A stretch of 64,000 bases of DNA, taken from a bacterium (lineage in GTDB: Bacteria; UBP14; UBA6098). Below, piece after piece: positions 1-9,900 of this stretch; positions within the stretch are counted from its first letter, which is position 1, and each line of letters starts with the position of its first letter. The DNA lies in the NCBI GenBank assembly GCA_003645085.1, contig QNEE01000001.1:1282-65281 (forward strand). The letters are read 5' to 3'. Below the pieces are notes generated by a model. It had not been told where the DNA came from, searched no databases, and was given only the letters and a program-made list of their open reading frames with translations. Made by a program: the position numbers and the translations under genes.

Positions 1-986
1 GGTCGGAGGAGAGAAATTTCCCGTCGGTGAACGACTATTTGAATTACCTGCATTACTTTCAGGACCATCCCGATGTCGGACTGAACGATGACAGTCCAAC
101 CTATAGAATATACGGCGCGTGCCTTTTTCCGATTTACCTTTCGGAAAACTACGGTGACACGGCAATAATAGACATCTGGGAGAGAGTGCCCGTTTTCACG
201 GAATACGGTGCCATCTATCGATGGGCGGATTCTGTCGGTGTCGCTCTCGACGACCTCTATGGCGATTTCGCCCGCTGGAATCTATTCGTGGGAGATTATC
301 ACCGCGATTTCGGTTATCCTGACGCCGACTCGATGCCCGAACCGGCGTTCATAATGCCTTCGGAATTCCCCGAAATTCTCGACGGCGGTGGTGCCGCGGT
401 CTATATCGACCTGGCCGATTCATACACCGGCGGCGCATGGGCGACCGTCGAGGGGGGCGACAGTGTTTCGGCGGTTCTATATGGAATTGTGCCTCACGGT
501 CGAACCGATACGCCGGATACATCCGTCGATATCTTCAATATAAACGACACTATCCCCGGCGTGTGGCGATACGACAAACTCATTGCCGTTGTCGCGAACC
601 TCAGCTCCTACTACGGCTGGGATGCCGACCTTGGAGATTTCCTCTATGGTCCGGCGCCATCGGCGACCGTCGAGCTACTAGGCGATGTCCTCGACGAACC
701 GCCCTATCCTAATCCTTATGTTCGCGGCGAATCTGGCTCTATCCGGTTTCCTTATGCCGTAAAGGAAGACACGCGGATGTTATTTGCCGTCTGGACATCT
801 GCCGGAGAGTTAGTCTATCAGGAAGAATTCGAGACCGTTAAAGGTTTCCATTATTCCCCTTCGGGTTCTTTTTCCTGGGAACCTCTAAACGAAGCCGGTG
901 AGCAACTTGCAGCAGGAATTTATATTTATCGCCTCGCCACCGAGAATAACAGCCATAAAGGGAAATTCGCTATAATTAACAAATGA
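1..986 (+). CDS. Secreted protein with T9SS C-terminal sorting domain, 5'-truncated at the window edge. The reading frame is open back to position 3; the ORF track begins at an internal GTG.
   Basis: C-terminus ...FSWEPLNEAGEQLAAGIYIYRLATENNSHKGKFAIINK is a typical Por_Secre_tail/T9SS CTD. There is no in-frame stop upstream of nt 27. The N-terminal part faintly resembles the C-terminal region of M6-like metalloproteases (uncertain). Confidence 0.6.
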   Translation, partial: SEERNFPSVNDYLNYLHYFQDHPDVGLNDDSPTYRIYGACLFPIYLSENYGDTAIIDIWERVPVFTEYGAIYRWADSVGVALDDLYGDFARWNLFVGDYHRDFGYPDADSMPEPAFIMPSEFPEILDGGGAAVYIDLADSYTGGAWATVEGGDSVSAVLYGIVPHGRTDTPDTSVDIFNINDTIPGVWRYDKLIAVVANLSSYYGWDADLGDFLYGPAPSATVELLGDVLDEPPYPNPYVRGESGSIRFPYAVKEDTRMLFAVWTSAGELVYQEEFETVKGFHYSPSGSFSWEPLNEAGEQLAAGIYIYRLATENNSHKGKFAIINK

Positions 987-1112
987 ACTCTGTAAAACGT
1001 TTAAAATTAGTGTTCTCGAGTTGGATTTGTTATGCGCACGACTTTAGTAGTGGTGCGCTAATGGTTTGTTGGATAAAGAGCTAGCCCACTTCGGTGGGTT
1101 CACCGATTGTGA

Positions 1113-1132
1113 GCGATTTCAATCGCTTTTTT
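1113..1132 (+). terminator. Rho-independent terminator candidate downstream of the first CDS. Two further hairpins lie upstream at 1034-1062 and 1085-1098.
   Basis: Hairpin gcgatttcaatcgc followed by a tttttt run. Confidence 0.5.
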
Positions 1133-1199
1133 CAATCGCCTTTACAGACAATTCCAATTTTGCAGGATTCTCAATAATTAAAAATATAGGAGCAGAAGA

Positions 1200-2234
1200 A
1201 TGAACTGGAAACTATTAGAGGAACTCAGCAACACTCCCGGCGCGCCGGGGCACGAAGAAGCTATCGCGAACATATTCAAGCGCGAGCTTGAAAATATAGC
1301 GACCGAAATCGAGACCGACCCGATGGGCAACGTTATCGCGCACATACCCGGCGACGGACCGCAAGTAGAACTCGACGCTCACACCGACGAGGTTGCGTTT
1401 ATTGTATCGAATATAGACGACGATGGTTTTGTTCGCGTGCAACCGTTGGGTGGTATCGACCCGCGGGTCTTTTATGCACAGCGTTTAGTAATCCACGGCA
1501 AGAAAGACCTGATTGGTATCGTCGGGGCGGTCCCGCCACACCTCACTCGAGGGAAAGAAACCGACCGCGACAAATCCGTTCCTATCGAGGATGCATTTAT
1601 CGACCTCGGCCTATCGGCGGAAAAAGTCCGGGAATCGGTTAGTGTCGGCGACATCGTTACGTTCCACAGCGTTTTTCACGACACCGGCGAAGCGGTTATC
1701 GGCAAAGCTTTCGACGACCGCGTCGGGGTTTTCGCTATGATAGAAGCGGCAAAAAACGTAAAAAAACCAGCTTGCGATTTATTCCTCGTTGCTGCTGTTC
1801 AGGAGGAGAGAGGTTTACGCGGCGCGCCGGTCGCAGCTTATAAAATTAACCCGGATATAGCGATTGCAATCGAGGGCACACTCGCCAACGACCTTCCCGA
1901 TGCACCGGCACACAAACGGCTCGCTTGCCAGGGATATGGTCCTGAGATTAGAATAACCGATAGATTGGCTATTATGGACAGGTCGCTCGTTAGGTTTCTG
2001 GGGGAACTCGCAGAGAGAAAGAATATCCCGCACCAGTTTATGGTCAAATCGGTAGGAACGACCAATGTCTCGTCGATTCAGACGACGGCGGGCGGCGTCC
2101 GCGTTGCGGCTATATCCGTAGCCGTGCGATACATCCATGGCCCCAACGGTCTCGTCAACAAGCGAGACATAGAAAACCAAATCGCCCTTATAAAAGCTTT
2201 TCTGGAAAACGCCGATAAAACGCCGCCGAGATAA
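1200..2234 (+). CDS. M42 family aminopeptidase (FrvX/YpdE-like).
   Basis: N-terminus MNWKLLEELSNTPGAPGHEEAIANIFKRELE..., metal-binding peptidase M42 architecture, AGGAG RBS 8 nt upstream, ATG start. Confidence 0.85.
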   Translation: MNWKLLEELSNTPGAPGHEEAIANIFKRELENIATEIETDPMGNVIAHIPGDGPQVELDAHTDEVAFIVSNIDDDGFVRVQPLGGIDPRVFYAQRLVIHGKKDLIGIVGAVPPHLTRGKETDRDKSVPIEDAFIDLGLSAEKVRESVSVGDIVTFHSVFHDTGEAVIGKAFDDRVGVFAMIEAAKNVKKPACDLFLVAAVQEERGLRGAPVAAYKINPDIAIAIEGTLANDLPDAPAHKRLACQGYGPEIRITDRLAIMDRSLVRFLGELAERKNIPHQFMVKSVGTTNVSSIQTTAGGVRVAAISVAVRYIHGPNGLVNKRDIENQIALIKAFLENADKTPPR

Positions 2235-2244
2235 TTGGGGGATT

Positions 2245-2841
2245 TTATTCCCGCCTCGGCCCGACAGGCATAAGGTAGAGCGGCACGCCCTCGACGCCGA
2301 AAAGCGCCGAGACCCTATCGTCGTGAAACGCGCCTATTGCGACGGTCGATAATCCCAATGCCTCGGCAACCAGATATATATTCTGTCCGATGTGCCCTAT
2401 CTCGATATGCACGTATCGTTTTCCGCGTTCGCCGTAACGCCGGGTAGTCCGTTCGTAAATACCGAAAAGACATATCACAGCCGAGGCGTCTTTTAATGCA
2501 GATTGGCGCAGGGCGGCATTTGCGAGGTCTTCAATAAAAAGACCTTCTTTGATAGGTTCCAAAGCGTGCGATTCCTCGATATACCGGTATATTGCCGGTT
2601 CGAGACCTTCGACATTCTCCGCGAGAAGGTAAATATCTATTGGATATGTCGCCCCTGCGCTCGGCGCGGCGCGAAATCCGCGAGAGCTCGTAATGCCGGC
2701 GGAGGCCCATAGAAGTTCGCTAACCTGTTCGAGGTTTATTCCGCCGGAGCCGTAAGACCGCCTGCTTCGTCTTTCCTCGATAGTCCGATGCAACGGCATA
2801 TCGGCACCCGGCGGCGGAGGCAATTTGATAATCTCACCCAT
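2245..2841 (-). CDS. Nitroreductase-family / SagB-type dehydrogenase-fold protein. Start assigned to the internal ATG at 2841; the ORF extends to 3108 but that extension would overlap the upstream cyclophilin gene by >100 nt.
   Basis: Motifs RRSRRSYGSG, ...LLWASAGIT..., and C-terminal nitroreductase-like segments (HIEIGHIGQNIYLVAEALGLSTVAIGAF). Typical ~200 aa size when started at 2841. Confidence 0.65.
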   Translation of the reverse strand: MGEIIKLPPPPGADMPLHRTIEERRSRRSYGSGGINLEQVSELLWASAGITSSRGFRAAPSAGATYPIDIYLLAENVEGLEPAIYRYIEESHALEPIKEGLFIEDLANAALRQSALKDASAVICLFGIYERTTRRYGERGKRYVHIEIGHIGQNIYLVAEALGLSTVAIGAFHDDRVSALFGVEGVPLYLMPVGPRRE

Positions 2842-2893
2842 AGCCGATATTATTATTAAGCCGATTAACAGGATTAAACAAACAAGTCTCTTC

Positions 2894-3490
2894 TTAGTCC
2901 TCGTCACCGCTAATGACCTCTGCCTTGCGGATATATACCGGTTCCACAGGCTTGCTCCCCGCCAGCGGGACCTTTTCGAGTTGATAGACAACATCCATTC
3001 CCGCAATGACCTTACCGAAAATCGTATATTGACCGTCGAGGTGCGGAGCAGCCTTGAACATAATATAGAACTGACTTCCGCTAGAGGCTTTATCGGGGTT
3101 AACGGCATCGCCGCGACGAGCCGCAGCGACCATACCGGCAGTATGCTTTAAATCCGAGAACTCCGCCGGGATAGTATAACCCGGGCCTCCGGTGCCGTCC
3201 CCTTTAGGGTCGCCGCCCTGTGCCATAAACCCTGGGATTATCCGGTGAAATGTTAAACCGTCGTAAAACCCCTCTTTTGCAAGTTTCACGAAATTCTCAG
3301 CGTGTTTCGGTGCGACATCCGCCAGAAGTTCGATATCGATATTGCCGAAATCGGTCGTCAACCTTACTACAGGGTTTTCGCTTTTGGCGGGCGCCGGTTG
3401 TGGTCGGTCGTCGTTGCCGTTCGCCGCACAACCAAAGCCGAAAACCAGAACTGCCGCGATTAACGTAAGAACTAAAACCATCTTTTCCAT
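2894..3490 (-). CDS. Cyclophilin-type peptidyl-prolyl cis-trans isomerase, predicted lipoprotein.
   Basis: FHRIIPGFMAQGGDP...GMVAAARRGD...SQFYIMFKAAPHLDGQYTIFGKV cyclophilin signature. Signal peptide with lipobox (LVFGFGC). Strong RBS GGAGGAAGG before ATG. Confidence 0.9.
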   Translation of the reverse strand: MEKMVLVLTLIAAVLVFGFGCAANGNDDRPQPAPAKSENPVVRLTTDFGNIDIELLADVAPKHAENFVKLAKEGFYDGLTFHRIIPGFMAQGGDPKGDGTGGPGYTIPAEFSDLKHTAGMVAAARRGDAVNPDKASSGSQFYIMFKAAPHLDGQYTIFGKVIAGMDVVYQLEKVPLAGSKPVEPVYIRKAEVISGDED

Positions 3491-3509
3491 CCTTCCTCCT
3501 CGGGATTAT

Positions 3510-6101
3510 TTATGGCGCCTCGTTTTCATTATTTTCGAGAGGTCCGCCATATTCTTTAAGTTTTTCTCTTGCCAGAGCGACTATGGAATCGTCTGTCGAT
3601 GTCTCAACCATCCTTAACCAGACCTGCTTGGCATCTTCTATTTTATCTCTGAACTCGAGAGCCAGCGATAGGTCGTAGAGAACGGTTTGGTCGTCGCTTC
3701 CCGAACAGAAACAGCTATCTAATCGATGCGGCATCAGGACATCGAAGGCTCGGTCGATTTCTCCGAGACGCACCGCGAACATTCCCATTTTTTCACCAAT
3801 CATGCAACGAATGCTGTCATTAGACAACGTATCGTAGACTATTTTCGCCAGCTCGAATCCACGTTCGTATTCTGCCATTTTGTAATTCACCCGCAGCAAA
3901 CCGATAAAGGCCTCGAACCAGACATAGGGATTAGCCCCCGTTTCACCGGTAAGACTCGTGTAAAGTATGCGCGCTTCGGTAAACCGCTCGAGACCCTCGT
4001 AGCTTCTCGCCAATCTTAATTCTGCCAGTTCAAGCTGCGTCGAATCTTTAGCGTTTTCCAGAACATTATTATACGTTGCAACAGCCCTTTCGAGCAGATT
4101 CTCTGCCGCATAGTAGTCCCCCAGAGCGATTACTCCTCTGGCTGCAAGCGGCGATTCCGGGAACTCCCCGAGAAGCTGCCCGAATATCTCGGATGCGGCT
4201 ACGGTATCGCCCATACCGAGATAACAATGGCCCATTCGGTAGCTGGCCTCGACCCAAAGAGAGTCCGGGATATTGCGCTTTCTCAATCTGTCGAACGCTA
4301 TCGCACCCTTTTCGTAATCACCAATCTCACAAAGATAGCCCCCGATATCTATTAGCAACTCTCCCACTAACGGCGAATCGGGATATTTTTCGAGAAACTT
4401 ATCCGTAATCTCGAGCGGGTCGGTGTAGATACCGAGGTGATAACGTGCGTGTTCCGCAAGAACCCGCGTTCTGTCGGCAGTCTCCCGTGAAACCGCGTAA
4501 GCCTCGACCTTATCGGCAAGCCGGATAAGCTCGGTATACCCTTTTCTTTTGTAGAGGATATCGGCGAGTTTGGGGACGACCTTTTCGGCGAGAGGGCTAC
4601 GACGATAGCTGGTTAAAAATTGCCACGCGGATTCCTCGACCTTTTCGGTATTGCCGAGAGCCTCGTAAGCCAGTATCAGGTTATATAACGCGTCGTCGCA
4701 AACATCGCCGCGGCAGGTGTTTAGAAAATCCCTTAGCTCCGAAGCTGCTCGACCGGGACGACCCTCCAAAAGAAAGGTTTCCGCATAGGTCGAACGCGCA
4801 CGCTCGGCGAAATCGTCGTCGAAACCCGAAAAAACCGTCGCAAAAAACATCCGCGCCTCTTCGTATTGCTTCGTTCGCAGGTAACACCAACCCAACCCCC
4901 AGCTTGTTTCACGGCGACGGTTCTCGCAGCAATCGAAAGCGAGCTGGTAATATCCTATCGCTTCCCGGTATCTACGCCTACGGTAAGCACACTCGCCAGC
5001 GAACAAGTTGCATTCTCCAACCAGAGCCATATCTTCGGCTATATCGGCGGAACGTAGAAATTGCGCCTGTGCCGCGGCAAGTTCGCCGTCCTGCATAAAA
5101 AGATATCCTATTCTAAGTAGGACATCGGCGTATAAATCTGGAGACAATTGAGCCAGAAGGGCGCTGTCCTGCGAGGCCTGAGTAGCGCGAGTTTCTATTT
5201 CACCTAAAAGGGAAAGATAAGGCAAGCGTCCGATATAAGGTGAATCGGGGAACCGGTGTCGTAACCGGTCGAAACCGCGCATAGCTGCAAGATGCCGTCC
5301 CTCCATAAAATCCACCGCACCCAGAAGAAAAAGCGCCTCGTCAGCCCACCAATGAGCGCTTTTACGAGAAGAAAAATCATAAAAACTTATCGCGGTTTCG
5401 AGGTGTTCCCTACAAGTTTCCCATTCGCCTCTGGCAAAAGAACCGGCCCCGATACGGTAGTTTATTTCCCCTTCTAGAAGACTCCTCGGGTACTTTTGAA
5501 GAAGGTTAATAAATACGACCCTCGACGAATCGGTCGCACCCAATCTTCCGAGAGACACACCCTGAAGGTAACCTGCCATAAGGCGCATTATCGCCTGTCC
5601 GCTTTTACCTGAAGAAAGTGATGCAAACAAAGTAGCTGCCGAATCGTATTCGCTATTTGAAAAATGCCATACAGCTAACCAGAAATTCCCCCATGGCGGG
5701 CTTCGTGTGCTAAAAACCTCACGCAACCGCCCCGGTCTGCCGCTACTCTGGATACAGTCCCCGAGCCAGAAAGCCGCCCAATCCATAGCAGGAGGCGAAC
5801 TCGGCTCGGAAATCGCTTGTGCATAACTTTTTAGGGCGCGCGTGTTCCAATCGGCAGATTGATAGCTGTAAGCCATTATTAGAGCACGTTGGACGCTATA
5901 ATCACCAGCGCGGTCTCGTGGAATAAAATAATGCGCGGATTGAGGGGAAACCTCGATTAACCGTTTCGACCAGTAATCTGAAAACCGGCTTTCGTCGGAT
6001 GGTTGCGCCAGCGAGACCGCCGTAAAAACGAATATAAGCAGCAAGCTATTCGGGTTTCTCGATAGCCTGCTCCAACTCGTCTTCATCTCTTGGCGGTGCA
6101 T
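3510..6101 (-). CDS. Large periplasmic tetratricopeptide-repeat (TPR) protein with signal peptide. Alternative start at 6086.
   Basis: 863 aa. Signal peptide LLLIFVFTAVSLAQP. Repeated TPR-like helical pairs (many A/Y/L/G periodicities, e.g. ...YRMGHCYLGMGD..., ...ARSYEGLERFTEA...). Confidence 0.7.
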   Translation of the reverse strand: MHRQEMKTSWSRLSRNPNSLLLIFVFTAVSLAQPSDESRFSDYWSKRLIEVSPQSAHYFIPRDRAGDYSVQRALIMAYSYQSADWNTRALKSYAQAISEPSSPPAMDWAAFWLGDCIQSSGRPGRLREVFSTRSPPWGNFWLAVWHFSNSEYDSAATLFASLSSGKSGQAIMRLMAGYLQGVSLGRLGATDSSRVVFINLLQKYPRSLLEGEINYRIGAGSFARGEWETCREHLETAISFYDFSSRKSAHWWADEALFLLGAVDFMEGRHLAAMRGFDRLRHRFPDSPYIGRLPYLSLLGEIETRATQASQDSALLAQLSPDLYADVLLRIGYLFMQDGELAAAQAQFLRSADIAEDMALVGECNLFAGECAYRRRRYREAIGYYQLAFDCCENRRRETSWGLGWCYLRTKQYEEARMFFATVFSGFDDDFAERARSTYAETFLLEGRPGRAASELRDFLNTCRGDVCDDALYNLILAYEALGNTEKVEESAWQFLTSYRRSPLAEKVVPKLADILYKRKGYTELIRLADKVEAYAVSRETADRTRVLAEHARYHLGIYTDPLEITDKFLEKYPDSPLVGELLIDIGGYLCEIGDYEKGAIAFDRLRKRNIPDSLWVEASYRMGHCYLGMGDTVAASEIFGQLLGEFPESPLAARGVIALGDYYAAENLLERAVATYNNVLENAKDSTQLELAELRLARSYEGLERFTEARILYTSLTGETGANPYVWFEAFIGLLRVNYKMAEYERGFELAKIVYDTLSNDSIRCMIGEKMGMFAVRLGEIDRAFDVLMPHRLDSCFCSGSDDQTVLYDLSLALEFRDKIEDAKQVWLRMVETSTDDSIVALAREKLKEYGGPLENNENEAP

Positions 6102-6876
6102 ATAATTGGGAAAGTCCTATACCTATTGAAGTTTCGCTTTTGCCCCAGTAGCTCGTTTCTAATCCTAAAACATAACCTTTACCGATGTCTATGTCAAGCC
6201 CGATAACAGGTTTCGGATATTGACCCGGGTCGTTGAAAAAACCCGATAGCCTGGCATACGGTTCACCCGAATCCTCGGAATATGATTTCCTGTATTTCCG
6301 ACCCGTAATATAGGTCCAATGAACCCCTATATAAGGCTTAGTCCGTCCGAATCGCCAACTACCGTAAAACCCGATGTCGAAATTCTGGTATCTATATGAA
6401 TCCACGAAATGCAAAAGACCACCACCGAATTGGACTTCGTCCGAACTTCGCGTGGTTAGCCACGAGGCGGTTACATACCAGCGAAGCGGGTATCGCGCGG
6501 TCCATCTGCACCCGATACTCGGATAGAAGACGGCGTAATGCATCCTGACGCCCAATCCGAACGCGAGCTCTTGCTTACCGTTGAAATCCTCTTGAGCAGT
6601 GCTGTGGCTCGGCATATCGATATCGGCCATACCGAAATAACCGTAAATATCCGTAAAACGGAATATCCCCAGTGACGGTTTTATAAGCACCCTGCGGCTA
6701 TTTAATTTATAGTCCGGACCCTCGTAACGGATTTTCCACTTTTCATAATCGAATTCTACCCCCGTGCCGAATTTATTATATGGCGTCTCCGATGTGGGAT
6801 TACCGACCATTATACCAAAAACAGGCAGAATGAAAGTGGTAACGGCAAACGCGATTATGGCCGCATTTTTCGGCAT
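6046..6876 (-). CDS. Predicted outer-membrane beta-barrel protein (hypothetical).
   Basis: Signal peptide (AIIAFAVTTFILPVFG). Aromatic-rich alternating hydrophobic pattern (YGYFGM, FGLGVRMHY, GFYGSWRFG, GLDIDIGKGYVLGLETSYW) typical of OM beta-strands. AAGGAG RBS. 48-nt gap after the giant gene. Confidence 0.5.
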   Translation of the reverse strand: MPKNAAIIAFAVTTFILPVFGIMVGNPTSETPYNKFGTGVEFDYEKWKIRYEGPDYKLNSRRVLIKPSLGIFRFTDIYGYFGMADIDMPSHSTAQEDFNGKQELAFGLGVRMHYAVFYPSIGCRWTARYPLRWYVTASWLTTRSSDEVQFGGGLLHFVDSYRYQNFDIGFYGSWRFGRTKPYIGVHWTYITGRKYRKSYSEDSGEPYARLSGFFNDPGQYPKPVIGLDIDIGKGYVLGLETSYWGKSETSIGIGLSQLYAPPRDEDELEQAIEKPE

Positions 6877-6924
6877 ACCAATCTCCTTTTTAGGGGACGG
6901 GTTCTATTATACCGCCCCCGGTTT

Positions 6925-9900
6925 TTACTGCTCTTCTTTAATATAAAACTCGGTTCTCGGCGCTTCTATGACCGTCTCCGGTATTCCCTCGATATCCTCT
7001 TCCGGGGGTCTACCCGGGCGCCTACGAGCATAACCTACCTGAGTAGTCAACATTCCCCCTGTGCTATTTATAGTCGCCATTAACACTCCGATACTCGCCC
7101 CTCCGGTATCTGCAGCGGTGCAGGTCCAGCTTGCTTCTCCGGTGTTTCCCGTTGTTTGCGGATTAGCCGTAACGATAGTTACATTCGCGCCGGAAAGCGT
7201 AATATCCTCACCGCATATCGGATTATCCCACTGGTCGACTATACGGACTGAAGTAATAAAATCGCAGGTGTATGGAACCGAACTGGGAGCATTGATAGTC
7301 GAATTACTCGAGCTGGGCAGGTCGTGTTTAAGATATACAGTTCCACTTGTTACGACTCCGCCGATATTCGCGGTTACATTCACCGCTTTCGCGGTATCCT
7401 GCCCGCAATAATCGTCGCGGAATACGTTTGCGCCGGTATAGGTGCTTACCGCGTAACTACTGTAACATTCGTTAACGGAAGTTACCGGCGAGGTTACCGA
7501 ACCCCAGTCGGTTATCAGGTTTACACTCGTTCCGTCCGTAACCGGATTCCTGTTGACGTCCCATATAGAGACTTGAATCTCCGCTGTTCCGGTGGCGTCG
7601 GCATAGACAACCGCGGGCGAAATCGAAATAGCCATGCTGTCCGCCGGACCGCTATTATAGAAATATACGGTATCCGCACGCACGCCGCTCGTATCTCTCG
7701 TTTCCGCGATTATCGTAACGATACCGGTAGTGCCTCTGGGGTCGGCCGAATACCAGGTCGCAAAGGCGAACCCCGAATCGTCGGTTACGGAGGAGGTCGT
7801 TATCGCGCCCTGTAAAGCGGTGAACCATACGGCAGTTCCCGGCGCTACAGGATTATCGAACGTATCGGTAACGATAGCCATAATCGAGTTACTAACACCA
7901 TCGATATCCCAACCGCGCACATTACAATCCTCTCTCGATACCGAAACATTGAACGGCAGACCGCTGCCGATGGTTATCCTCGGCGCACGGGAGTCGATAG
8001 ACCCGCCGCCGGGGATATAAGCGACGGCTTCGACGACCATAGAGCCTGACCTATCGCCGCTTCGTGCGGCGACACTCGCGCGACCGGCCATCGTATAGAC
8101 TGTATCGCTGACCAACGCGCCGCCGGGTATCAACTCGGGATTTATCGAGCCGCCGGTCGGATAATCGACAATTCGGAACACGACCGCGCAGCTATCGCGG
8201 ACTGGATTGTCATACTCGTCGTATATTACAGCTTCGATTACCGCTTGGTCAATCTCGCCCACTCCGCGGATATAGATAAAATCACGGCTTACCGCGATAT
8301 CCATAGTATGCGGCGGGCCGGCGTATAGTAGTATGTTCGCGTGTTCTGACAAACCATCGACGGTAGCTGTAATCCCTGTCAGGCCGGCATTCAGTCCCGG
8401 GGTATAAAGCGTGGCGTAGAAACCGCTATCATCGGTGGCTACAATCGGGTCGGCGACGCTGCCTGTTCCGACGCTATCGACACTCAAATATACGTATGTC
8501 CCCGGCGCAACCGGATTATCCGCGGCATCGGTTACGTAACCGGAAACGATGCTCGTTATGCTGCTTCCGACTGTAGCTGTATCGGGCACGACGGTCAGCG
8601 TGATTTCATCCGGAGAACCGGCTTCGTAGGTAATTGTTACGAAAGCGGTTTCGCTCTGACAGATAGCGCGAATAGTATCGACACCGCTCGTATCCGCGGC
8701 GACGAGAATAGCCTCGGCGACACCGCTCAATAACGAATCTACGGGCGTAATCAAACCCATCTGTGCCGTGAAACGCACCGTTACGCCGTCAGATACCGGG
8801 TTGCCGAGACTATCTAAAACCGTAACGTGAACGTCCGCAGTCGAAATTCCGTCGGCGGGCAACCCGCGCGGTGAAATCGATATTATTATCGTATCGACCG
8901 TCGTAGCCAGATAATCTATCGGTAGATACCCGTTAACACCGCCGCTGGTCGCCTGCAGGTAAGATGAACCTATTCTGGTTGGTGAGGTAACCTTGAACGG
9001 AACTCCGCCTAAAGGTCCCGTTACCGCCATAGGGGGCGTTACAGACCCGAGGTCGAGCGTAAACGTAATAGCCTCGCCCGGAATACCGTTCCCGAAAGCG
9101 TCCTCGACCCAAACCGAATCGGCGAGTGTATCCACGCCGTCGGCGTAGAGTTGAACGAAATTCGTATCGAATCGGACAACCGCTATATCTCCCGGCAGGA
9201 AATAGACCGAGATAGTATCCGAATATATCGTATCGACGTAAGCGTAGACAAAGGTGCTTCCGATTACGGTCGGAGTGAACAGATGGACAGTAGCCCCGCC
9301 GTCGGTTGTAGTTTCGCGGTTCGGATTAAGAAGACCCTCGACACTACCGAGCGTCGTATCCTGCCCGAATCTCACGATAGTGCCGTCGGCAATAGGCATA
9401 CCCAAAGTATCGGCGACGAATGCTGTTATGTCGGCGAAAGTAACACCGTCTGCAGGCATATATCTCGGTGTAATTGAAAGTATAACCTCTCCGACATCTG
9501 TCGGGTCGAGCTGGATTTGCGTTACGCCCTCCGCGCCCTCGCAGTTCGCGCGGACAATAGCGACACCCGCGTAGCGTCCGGCTCTGAATGGAACATCGAC
9601 CCAACCGGAGTCGTCGGTCGCCGCGACACTCCATATCGTTCCGTAATCGGGCGGGTCGATAGAGAAATTAACGGCGTGTCCTGCGCCCACTTTATTGCCA
9701 AATGCATCGGTAATTTCTCCGTGAATCATCGTCGTATCCGTCTCATCGGCCATAAGAGTGGTTCTTCCCGGGGTAAGCCAGACATACGCAGGCGGGCCGG
9801 ACTCGAAAAGGATTGCCACGGTATCGGTCGAGTCGCCGCAGGTAGCGACGAGGCTGTCCCAACCTACGCTCGTATAGGCTGTTATCGTTGCGTTGGCCTC

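Noticed and set aside
2245-2841. The SagB-type dehydrogenase-fold protein as a marker of a TOMM/RiPP biosynthetic cluster.
   Set aside because: No YcaO cyclodehydratase, precursor peptide or transporter is nearby. The neighbours are a cyclophilin and a TPR protein. It is better treated as a stand-alone nitroreductase-family protein.
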